From Azolla caroliniana (lineage: Eukaryota > Plantae > Polypodiophyta), in the NCBI GenBank assembly GCA_043228905.1, contig JBHGNT010000002.1:25482001-25546000 (forward strand): 64,000 nucleotides of DNA, given 5' to 3'. Positions 46,241 through 57,553 of this stretch are shown here, piece after piece. The position numbers were made by a program, and so were the translations under genes. The notes below the pieces were generated by a model. The model was not told the DNA's origin and ran no database searches. It saw nothing but the letters and a program-made list of their open reading frames with translations. Each line of letters starts with the position of its first letter. Positions within the stretch are counted from its first letter, which is position 1.

Positions 46241-49200
46241 TATTTATTTTTTTCCAAAAACATCTACTTCCATTAGTTAAGAATGTACAAAGGAATCATT
46301 TACAACTCATATCTTACAAGACATCTTGCATGTCAAAGGAAAACAATGTGTAGATGAAACAACATAAAAAAACAACTCCACATCATCACATCATTCTATG
46401 TGTATAGCGTTACTCGAACACATATTCTCCACGTGAGCCTCACACAAAACAGAATTCAGCATAGATGTCCTCCATTCGCTCCTCATGGCAGCACCCATCT
46501 AGATGTTAGGAACACTTGGAGGGAACAGCCACCGCGGTGGTTGATAATTCCACTTCACTTTACCATCCATTATCTGCAGCATCGACGAACCGCTCCATTT
46601 CCGAAGGAATCAAGCTCTAGCTTCTTCACTTGCATCAGATGGCCCTTGAAGACTTTCAAACTCACCTCGCAACGTAGAAATAAGATTAAACCAGATCATC
46701 ATTAAATTCTCAACCGGTGGGGTTCGTTTACCTGCAAGGGTCTCCTTGCACCGAGATACCCACACTTGCCAGACCGTAAGGCCGACCACTAATACCCATA
46801 TGTCCACGTAGCGTTCCTGTAAGAAGAATAAAACCTCCTTGCGTTGCTGGTTGCACAGATCCTTGCTTCACCATTAAAGAAGGACTGTTTCCATTCCACC
46901 CTTGAAACCACGAGGCCGATTCAGTGGCCAACCAAGTGATTGCTGCGCTCGATACATGAACCTCAACCCCAAAACGAGCCAAGATTCTTAAGCTCCTCAG
47001 CCAGATTTCTTGCGCTCGTGGGCAACACCACAAACAATGAGCGATGTCCTCCAAGCCCACACTACACGCCTTGCAACCACTCATGCCGCCTCTATTCCCA
47101 AGCCACTTTCCCGTTGGAACAACCCGATGGGTGATTAACCAGAAAAACACTTTGATCCGCTCGGGAAGGGATGAGTTCCATATCCTGCTCCTGGTTCTAT
47201 CCACGAAGACTGAATCGATAGCTGCATGGGTCCATTTGTTGGCACATTTCTCACGATACGAACCTAACTTTCTCCCCAAGCGCGTCGAGTATTCGAAGAA
47301 ACCTAGTGATTTAGCTTGTTCTCCCTTCCACCTATATTCAGCGGGATCCCATTCTACGCGCTCGAGAGGCTTGCCTTCAACCACGTACAAGATCCAATCC
47401 TCCTCGACCTCTTCGACTGGTGGATTCACCTTCCATTTCTTTCCGTGTCTTGCCACAATTCTAATAGGGTACCAGCCTGCACTTTCATCTAATAATCCCA
47501 TCAAGACGATCTTCCCACTCTTTCCTAGACCCCTGACATTGATAATATTTCCGGTACCATCACATTGTCCAGACCATTCACCCTCTTCCTCATTACCAAT
47601 AGGAAGCGAGGAGACAACTGTATTCACTACGTCAAGCATCTTTCTGCCATTTCTGACCTTTCCCATGTCTTCATATAATTGATCACGATTATTGCCGGAC
47701 AACCGCAGCCAATCAGCCACCGAGTGTATCCCTAGACAATGCAATATAGCCCACGGCATGCGCATGCTTTGTCCAAGCATCATTCCTTCTGGCGATTGCA
47801 CGGTCTCGTTCCACAATAGGGGTTGGCGCATCCATTCAGCACTAGTACTTGGATGATTCCGACTTAGATGCCCACAAAGCATACTCCACGCCTGCATCAC
47901 TGACATACAAGTACAATCAGCCAATCGGTTAGATTTCCTCAATTTTAAGTCCATGCAAAAAGGCCACGCTTTGTGTGACTTCCATTGCCCACCCAATCTT
48001 GGACTCCATAGAATGCTCCTATTATGTATCAATGTTTTCCATAACTCATCACCGGGTAGCAAGCTTCTTACCAATATCTTACATAACAATGCCTAACTCT
48101 GCAATCCAGGGTCAACCAATCCTAGACCCCCCTTACTCTTGGGAAGAATCAATGTAGACCATGATACTTTGGCTGCCGCATTGTCTTTCCTCATCCCAGC
48201 CCAAAGAAATCCCCTAATACACGCTTTAATAGTATGAATAGCTTGCTTGTCAAACATCCACACTGAAACTGCATGCCATAATGTAGACAAAAGCACATGG
48301 TTAGCTACTATGATCCTGCCAGCCAATGATAAGTTCATCCCTGACCAGTTGCAAATTTTGTCACAGATTTTGCTTTGAATATGTTGCAGCTGAATTCCCT
48401 TGTCGATATCTACCCCAATCCACGTTCCCAGATACCTAGTGGCTTCCCCATTTGCAATCCATTTGAATTCAGCATTTGGCTTCCAAACAGGCTCGGGCTC
48501 CAAGCTGATCCAAAAACCCTTGGACTTCTTCCAATTAATGGACGCTCCCGATGCCTTCCAAAAGAGCTCAATAGCACTCTGTGCCCTCTCAAGATTCGCT
48601 TCATTTCCTTGGAGGTATAGCATCGTATCGTCCGCGAAATCCGAATCCAGCAGGGACTTCCTTGCATTAGGGATCGAAAGACCATGAAGATTTGCCCCTT
48701 GGCTATTAAAAAGGGCAGACATTGCTTCAGTAATAAAAAGGAAAAGAAAGGGGGCAAGAGGACAACCCTGCCTGATGGATCGAGTAAGAATGATTTGAGC
48801 TCCTTTCCTCCCTGCAATCAGCACCTTACTCGAGCCATTCCTATATAAGGCTTGGGCAGCACACCTCCATTCCAATGGTAGCTCAATGACCTTCATCACT
48901 TCTTCCAAGAAAGACCATTGCACTCGATCATAGGCTTTCTCGAAGTCGAGCATCAGACAGGCTAAGTTTTGATTGGTCACCTTCGCCATTGCAACAGCCT
49001 CCCAAAACAAAATCACGTTGTCCATAATAGAACGATGCTCCATGAAACCAGTTTGATTGGATTGGATGATATCGCCTAGGAAGGGCTTGATTCTCTGCAC
49101 TAATATGTTAGCAAATTTTTTATAAATTAGGTTTAAAATTGTAATGGGCCTCCATTGCTTAATCTCATGCAGCGCAGTCACCGATTTCGGAATCAAGTAG

Positions 49201-50316
49201 ATCAAGCCTTCATTGAAGCTACTCGGCATCCGTCCCGTTCTCCACATCTCTTGCAGTCCAGCTTTCAAGCTTGGAAAAATTTGCTCCCAAAACTCCTTGA
49301 AGAAGGCTTTGGGAAGACCATCAGCACCAGGACAAGCCATACTATGTATCTTATCTAGCCCCGCTACAATCTCTTCCTCCTCTATGGCTTTTGACAACTT
49401 CGCTTTAGCTGCCTCTCCAATCCTGGTTTTCAAGCATGTAATTACACCATGCATCAGGTTACTCGGAGGGTCGTTTGTCAACGTAGGAGCTAAAAGGTCT
49501 CTGTAGTAATTAGTCGCCATTTGCAAGATTTCCTCTTGATCAAATGTCATTGAATCATCCTCCCGTTTGAGACTATGAATGTGTTCCTCTCCGTTTCGGA
49601 GGCTTGGCAAGAAAAAATTCCCTGTTAACTTTATCTCCCTTGACAGCCCACCATGTTGCTGACTTTCTGAAGAGGAATTGCTCACGTTGTTGTCTAACCT
49701 CCTGCAGCAACCTAGTGGCCTCCTGCAGCCTGTCTTTCGCCCAAGCACAACATGGGTTCACTTGCGTGAGCTTTTGAGCTGAGATGACTGCCTTCCTTAG
49801 GCATTGCAGATGGTATTGACACCTTAACAGCTCCTCCCTAGCCACTTTCTGAAGAAACAAAGAAGAATTAATAATCTTTTCCTCCAGTACTTGTATCAGG
49901 TCGTGGGCTGATGGGGATGCCGTCCAAATGGTATTCATTGCATCCTTAACCTTCTGGATACCGAAAATCTTCGGAGGAATCCTCACATTGCTCTCACTCT
50001 TCTTCTTATAAATAGGTTCAAGAGTCAAGGATACTGGAAGGTGATCCGAATAAGTAAAACCAACAAGAATGGATGAGAAGCCACTCCATTCCTCTATCCC
50101 GGGGCTCACATAGATGCGGTTCAATCTAGAGTGACATCCTTCACTCTCCTTCCAGCCAAATCGTGAGAACCTTAAGGAATTCACCTCAACTGCCATAGTA
50201 GAATACCACGAGTCCCGGATTCCCAACATAGAAGTTAAGAAACCCCACGCTCTAAGCTCCTCCCCATGTAGCAAGTTCGAATGAGCCCCAAGACAATCTT
50301 CCACTCTCTCTGTCAA
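46241..50316 (-). mobile_element. Large L1/Tx1-like LINE (ORF2: endonuclease C-terminus, RT, extension, zf-RVT), 5'-truncated, few disruptions
   Basis: EN motifs SRLNRIY and SDHLPV; RT motifs [36 protein letters not shown]; CKAC..EDIAHCLWCC; A-rich tail at ~46241-46255; no TSD detected. Confidence 0.93.
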
Positions 50317-50918
50317 TCATCCCTTAAGTTCGATGAAGATCTCCATAAACTCAAATTTCATACACAACAAAATCTTGAACATTAGAGTTTGATTTGACTT
50401 CATTATAAAATTTCCTCATGATTTAATGTTCATGGAAACTAGTATTTTGCTAATAAACAAATAGTCTTTACAACATTGAAATGGTCATATTTTCCACAAT
50501 AAAATTGGTTGGTTGAAACAATAAGATTGCCCTTTAAAAGGAGATTGCTAATAAACATGTCGGCATTATACTCAAGACTTTCATACCTGAGAATTGAAGC
50601 CAACTGACATACTACAAGGCTCACACACATACTTATGTCTTTGGCACATGTAAGTCCTTGGTAGGATTATGGGAACCATGGAGCATCCCAAACATATCCA
50701 TGGCATTGCAACCGCAATTTACAAACACAACTCTAAACTTAAGCATAGTCCATTATATAATTCCAAACCCAAGGAATTGTATATGGGGTGAAATTGGATA
50801 GAATGGGTTCAATTAACCTATCTCTAGCCTTGATTTGATCTCTAATCACAAATTGAATTGATAATTATGTGTATACTTATGACACACCATCAAATGTGGG
50901 AAAGCATGACTACAAGCA

Positions 50919-51520
50919 TGACAGGAATACACGCTCCCGATGAACAACGCTTGGCCACAACCAAGCCTAGGATCAAACACAGAAAACGGGTAATGAACGC
51001 ACGACACAATGAAGAGAAGAGTACACAGGATGTTAACGTGGAAAACCCAAACTAGGGAAAAACCATGGCAGACCACAGACTGCAAACTATCACTATATCA
51101 CAATGTACAATAGTAAAGCACCGAGGCAACGACCTCGAGCTTGCTATCTTCGTCATAGGCGGCAGTTACAACAGAGGCAACGACCTCTTTCTCTCTCTCT
51201 CTCTCTCTGTACACAGTTATGCACTCTAATCTTGCACCAACAAGAATGACAACCACACAATACACTAAGTTTGCCCTAAGTCATATTTATACTAATATAG
51301 CCCGATGGACTCTCAGAAAACATATTTACGAATATGTCCCTTCATCCGGTGAGCACTTCTCACCGGGCCTTCGCCATCCGGCTCTTGCCGGGTACTCATC
51401 ATCCGGTTCTCACCGGGTCTTCTGTTGCCGGGTACTCGTCATCCGGTTTCGGCCTCGACCGAGTTTGCTCATCAGCATTGTTCTTCTCACTTCCCATCCG
51501 GAGGGACCTGTTTCCTAACA
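50919..51520 (-). repeat. 3' LTR of the Copia element (602 bp)
   Basis: Direct repeat of 55580-56215; preceded on the minus strand by the PPT GAAGGGGGAGTT (51521-51532). Confidence 0.95.
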
Positions 51521-51530
51521 AACTCCCCCT

Positions 51531-54500
51531 TCACTCCGGCATGGGATGTCTTACTAGTTCGATCCGCTTCCGACATGCATCCAGCTTGTCAGGTATCAAT
51601 ACTTTGGTCAGCATATCTGACCCGTTCTCGGCCGTGTGGATCTTCATCAGTGCGAACTCTTGATCTTCTACTCACTCCCGGATCCAGTGATACCTACGCT
51701 GGATGTGCTTTGTCCTGGAGTGGTACGCTACATTCTTAGCAAGGTGGATGGCACTTTTACTGTCGCAATAGAGTCGGTATTCATCTTGCCGGATACTGAG
51801 CTCTTCGATGAAGTCCTTCATCCATAGTATTTCCTTGCAAGCTTCCACAGCCGCCATGTACTCCGCTTTCGTGGTTGACAACACAACCGTCTTCTGTAGC
51901 CTCGACTGCCACGAAACAACTCCCCCTACATATGTCATTACATACCCGGATGTAGACCGGCTGGTATCCACATCAGCCGACATGTCCGAATCGGTAAAAC
52001 TGTCAAGTTGAGGTTTACCAAGGCCGAATCGGAGACACATGTTCAAAGTGCCCTTCAAGTACCGGAGTATCCATTTGACCGCGTTCTAGTGCTCCTTGCT
52101 AGGATTGTTCATAAACCAGCTCACCACTCTGACTGCGTATCCTATATCCAGTCGGGTACACACCATTGCGTACATTAAGCTCCCGACGGTAGAGGCATAT
52201 GGAACCTTCATCATATCAGCCTCCTCTGCTTTCGTCTTCGGGCTTTGCTTACCGGATAATCTGCAGTTTGCCGGGAGTGTCGATCCAACCGGTTTCGCTT
52301 CTAACATGTTGAACCATTGAAGCACCTTTGTCACGTATTTCTCCTATGATAGCCACAGTTGCTTCGTTGGCCGGTTCCGGATGATATGCATCCCCAACAT
52401 CTGTCTTGCCGGAAGTCTTTCATTGCGAAAGTTCGGTTGAGAGCCTTCTTCAGCATCCGTATTCTGGCTTGGTTCCGTCCGACGATCAACATGTCGTCCA
52501 CGTACAGAAGGAGTATCAGGAAGTCGCCTCCTTCGAACTTCTTCACAAACACGCAGTGATCGGCCTGCGTCTTGTGGTGCCCTTGATCGGTCATGAAGGA
52601 GTCGAACTTCCGGTACCATTGTCGGGGAGCTTGCTTTAGTCCGTACAGGCTCTTCTTCAATCGGCAAACCAGATGCTCCTTCCCTTTCTCCACGAATCCT
52701 TCCGGTTGCTGCATGTAGATCTCCTCTTCGAGGTCACCGTGAAGGAATGTTGTCTTCACGTCCAAGTGCTCTACCTCCAGGTCCATGCTTGCCGCTATAC
52801 TCAGCACCGTCCGGATGGAGGTCATCTTTACTACCGGGGCAAAAATCTCGTCGAAGTCCACGCCCTTCTTTTGCTGGAACCCCTTCACCACGATCCTGGC
52901 TTTGTGTTTCGGGGGGTTGCCGACATCTCCCGGTTTCAACTTGTACACCCACTTGTTTCGGAGTGCTCACTTTCCTTTCGGCAACTCCACCAATTCGTAC
53001 GTATGGTTCTCATGCAGGGAATCCATCTCATCCTGCATGGCACTTAACCATTTGCGGCTATGGGCGTCACTTTTAGCTTCGTCTAAGCTTTCTGGCTCAC
53101 CCTCATCGGTCAGCAGCACATGCTCTACATCCGGAAATCTCCGGGGGGGCCTTCTCTCTCTGAGAGGATATATTCGTCTTTGGCCTTCAGCAACCAGTTC
53201 CACTATTTGTTCTTCATCCGAATCCGATTCGGGGTCTTGGCCGGTTCTGATTTCAGCTTCCTCTACTTCTTCTTCTGCCGGTTCGGTATTCTCACCGTAA
53301 CCGGTTGGTTCCTCAAGTGTCAACCAGCTCTTAGCCGGGTGTGTCCGAATCTCATCGGAGTTCATTATCTTCTTCTCCGACTCCCAATCAGCAAGAGTCT
53401 TGTCCTCCATGAAGATAATATCTCGACTCCGGACAGCCTTCTTGTCAACCGGATCCCACACTCGGTAGCCGAACTCATCATCGTTGTATCCGAGGAATAT
53501 GCATGGCCGGGTCTTTGGATCCAACTTTCCTCTCCGGTCCTTAGCAACATGCATGTACACGAGACACCCGAACACCTTCAGATGCTGGTAGGACACTTCC
53601 TTACCGGTCCACACCTTCTGCGGTGTGTCTCCATCCAAGGGCACTGAGGGTGATCTGTTTATCACATACGTTGTTGTCGACAGCGCCTCAGCCCAAAACG
53701 TCTTGGGTAATTTTGCATGCGCCAACATACTCTGAACCCTCTCCATTATGGTCCGGTTCATCCTCTCGGCCAGCCCGTTTAGTTCTGGCGTCTTCGGCAC
53801 GGTTAATTCGATCCGGATTCCCTTCGAGCGATAGTACTCCTCGAACTACCCCTGGTATTCACCTCCATTATCAGCTTGAACCGCCTTCAGCTTCCGGCCG
53901 GTTTCTCTTTCCACTCTCGCGTGGAGCTCTTTGAAGACGGATAACACCTGATCCTTCGTCTTCAACGGTGTGGCCCACAGCTTCCGGTTGTGGTCATCTA
54001 TGAATGTCACGAAGTACTGTGATCCGGCATGTGACTTCGTGTCCACTTGACATACATTAGTATGCACCAACTCTAGTGGTGCATTACGTCTCATCGGTGG
54101 CCTCGATCGGAAGGAGGTCCAGTTTTGTTTACCGGCCAGACAATCAGTGCACTTCTCCAAGTGCACGTTCTTCACTGGAATGAGGTTGTCGTCTGCAAGC
54201 CTCTTCATCCCCTTCTCGCTCATGTGACACAGCCTCTTGTGCCACAGCTCACCAGCAGTGTCAGATGCCATGTTCACTTTTTCCGGGAATACCCGGGCAT
54301 TCATCAGGCACAACGTGTTTACCTTCCGGGCCCGAGCCACAATCAGGCTCCCTTTGCTGAACTTCATAACACCGTTCCGGATGCTACCCGTGTAGCCTTC
54401 ATCATCTAGCCGACCGGCTGATATCAGCTTCTGACAAATCTCCGGAACGTGTCGGACATCCTTCAGCAGCAACTTGCATCTAGTTGGTGTTGTCAACCAC

Positions 54501-55549
54501 ACGTCTCCTATGCCGACAATTCAGCATGTACCTTCATTCCCCATCCGGACACAGCCGTGATCACCAGCTGAGTAGGATGAGAAGCATTTCCAGTTCGGGG
54601 TAAGGTGGAACGACGCTCCGGAGTCGACCACTCATGTCATCTCGCCGCCGACAAGGTTTAGCTCACTCTCCTCGGTGATGAGCATCAACTCTTCGTCATT
54701 TGCCACGATTGTCGTCGTTCCCTTCCAGTCTGGCCCCCTCCGGACTTTACTGTTCCGGTCCGGTGTCCGATTCGAATCGGTACCGTCAGTTTCCTTGTCT
54801 TTTCGGAAGTGCCGACAGTTCTTTTGGAAGTGACCCGGCTTGCTGCAATAGACGCAAGTAGGCCTCTCCCTTGACTTTGACCATGTCCCCAACTTTTCCC
54901 GGTTTTTGGGACTACGGTTCCTTTGTCTTCCGCATTCCGATTCGGTAAGGAGCATTTTGGAGTCGGAGCTCGTATCCTTATCTTTCCGACGCGCCTCCTC
55001 ATCTAGCAAGCTCGACTTCACTCTTGCTAGGGATAACTATTTCCCTTCTAGCCCGGCGTTGCCCAAAGTGACAACCAACGTCTCCCAGCTATCTGGGAGG
55101 GAACCGAGCAGGAGTAACGCTAGTACCTCATCGGCAAGAGGTACTTCTAATGATGTTTCCTGGTGGATCAGCCCCTGGAAGGCATTCATGTGCTCCGCCA
55201 TGCTGGGGCCATCTTGGTACCGGAGTCTTACTAGCTTCCGAAATACCGAAACCTGATTAACAGCATTTTTGTTTTGAAACATAATGTTGATATTCTCCCA
55301 AAGCTCATGAGCCTTGCTCTCTTCATTGAAGTTGTTGTATAAACTCATGCCGATCAAGCACCGTATGTAAGCCATTGCCTTCATGTGCATCACCTCCCAT
55401 ATCGTGGCGTCGATTTTGTCTGGTCTCTTGTCCCCGAACTGAACCGGCAACCAAAGATCTTTAACCACAAGCATGTCCCTCATCTTCGACTTCCACACGG
55501 AATAGTTGGAGCCGGTGAGCTTGAACATGCCTCCCAACGATTCGTCCAT
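51531..55549 (-). pseudogene. Copia gag-pol polyprotein with several premature stops and a frameshift
   Basis: MFKLTGSNYSVWKSKM (gag), CVYCSKPGHFQKNC zinc knuckle, VDSGAS protease, LWHKRLCH/DNGGEY/NGLAERMNRT integrase, LYVDDML RT, FTDSD..RTKHI RNase H. Confidence 0.93.
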
Positions 55550-55564
55550 TTTCTGTGTCATTTT

Positions 55565-55576
55565 GCTCTGATACCA
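55565..55576 (-). other. Primer binding site complementary to initiator tRNA-Met
   Basis: TGGTATCAGAGC three bases after the 5' LTR. Confidence 0.95.
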
Positions 55577-55579
55577 CTT

Positions 55580-56215
55580 TGACAGGAATACACGCTCCTG
55601 ATGAACAACGCTCGACCACAACCAAGCCTAGGATCAAACACAGAAAATGGGTAATGAACGCACGACACAATGAAGAGAAGAGTACACAGGATGTTAACGT
55701 GGAAAACCCAAACTAGGGAAAAACCACGGCAGCCCACAGACTGCAAACTATCATTATATCACAATGTACAATAGTAAAGCACCGAGGCAATGACCTCTTC
55801 CTCTCCGGGCTTGCTATCTTCGCCACAGGCGGCGGTTACAACAGAGGCAACGACCTCTTCCTCTCTCTCTCTCTCTCTGTACACAGTTATGCACTCTAAT
55901 CTTGCACCAACAAGAATGACAACCACACAATACACTAAGTTTGCCCTAAGTCATATTTATACTAATATGACTTTTCGGTTATTTACAAATATAGCCCCGA
56001 TGGACTCTCAGAAAACATATTTACGAATATGTCCCTTCATCCGGTGAGCATTTCTCACCGGGCCTTCGCCATCCGACTCTTGTCGGGTACTCGTCATCCG
56101 GTTCTCACCGGGTCTTCCGTTGCCGGGTACTCGTCATCCGGTTTCGGCCTCGGCCGAGTTTGCTCATCAGCCCTGTTCTTCTCACTTCCCGTCCGGAGGG
56201 ACTTGTTTCCTAACA
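55580..56215 (-). repeat. 5' LTR of the Copia element (636 bp)
   Basis: Direct repeat of 50919-51520; adjacent to the PBS. Confidence 0.95.
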
Positions 56216-57406
56216 AAGCATTCTTACCCACCCCATCACAAAGTTCTCATGAGTCATGACCCCAACCTCCATATGGCTTCCATCTTGCACCCTCTCTACC
56301 TTATTAAATAAGAGAATTGTAATGAGCCATGTCTATGCCATCTTTGGTTAATTTCGATGCACTCTACCCCCTCTACTAGTCTATAGAGAGGGAAATGGCC
56401 TCTTTGCCAAGTTGGATACTGCTTCTCCACCCCATATAGCGACTTCCATCTAGGCTTTGGTTCCCTTGATGCAACATCCTTTCTACAAGAAGATGAATGG
56501 CAATAACTTAGTTGCATAACCCCTCTATGGGTACTCCATCTCCCACATGGGCAACCAAATCCTTTTCACTAGGGCGATACTTGGAAATAACACAACCAAC
56601 TAGATGCATGTTATCCATTATGGTTACAATTCTTTTTCTAACAGTGGATCATTGATGATATTTTAAAATAACATCCAAGATAAAGCACCTGAGAATGTGG
56701 TCCCCAATAGCCACATAATTGTGCAGAGTAAGCATGTCTTACCTTGTCCCTAATATTAGCCCAACTTCAACACTAGAGTTGGCCTCCACATAAGCCCATA
56801 CACACATAGAAACTAGACGACACAATTGTCAATGCTAATATATCTCGTGACATGCACGTGTAAAGATATGTTGGTAGTTTCTCCATGGTGTGTATAAAGA
56901 TATGTGTGTACAAATGAGTCATTGGATTCTCAACAGGAATCTTGTCTTCACACAGGGGTTTGTGCATGTGAACCAAATTCAGAAATCTATGGATTCCTTG
57001 ACACGTGCAAACCTCTGACTCTCACCCTTCCTCCGTATGTTAGAGATGGATCGATGACACAACATGACTTATGTATCACCCATGAAACTTGTGAGTGACT
57101 TCTTAAGTCAAAGTTTAAGAAAAACTACGGAGTGACTAATTAATCGAAGTCAAAGTTTATGAAACTACCTATGATTTTCTTTCTCTCTTAATGTTTTCGT
57201 TATTTCTTTGAATTTCCCTTGGTCAACTCCTCTTCGATTATTACATGTGCTACTGGAGAGTATTTGGTAGGGTTGCAACCATCCTCCCGTTGTTGGCCAC
57301 AGAAAACCTCTAGAGTCTAGGGACACAATGGAAACTTAAAGGCATTTCAAGGAAACAACAAGCAATTATACAACCACTTTCATCCTCTCCTTTTTTAGGT
57401 TGGACA

Positions 57407-57479
57407 GGGGCATTTGGGGAAATAAGGAAAGTTTAGGGGCATTTTGGGGAAATAAGGAAAAATAGGGGGGCATTTGGGG
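57407..57479 (+). repeat. 3x GGGGCATTTGGGGAAATAAGGAAA repeat just upstream of the PPR start
   Basis: Directly visible; six G4+ runs; resembles MULE subterminal repeats. Confidence 0.8.
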
Positions 57480-57553
57480 AAATACAGAGAAACATGGGCA
57501 TTTTCAAAGGTCTTTTTATGTATGTATAAAACTATGGTGGAGAAACAGAGTCT

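Larger units (their letters stand above)
50919..56215 (-). mobile_element. Full-length Ty1/Copia LTR retrotransposon (Tork clade, Tto1-like), inactivated
   Basis: Two LTRs with TG..CA ends, 5-bp TSD AAGCA (50914-50918, 56216-56220), PBS, PPT, domain order gag-PR-INT-RT-RH. Confidence 0.97.

Noticed and set aside
46200-50430. TSD for the large LINE
   Set aside because: No matching direct repeat found at the two flanks
52359-54409. Plus-strand ORFs up to 175 aa within the Copia element
   Set aside because: Antisense shadows of GC-rich pol sequence with no recognisable motifs
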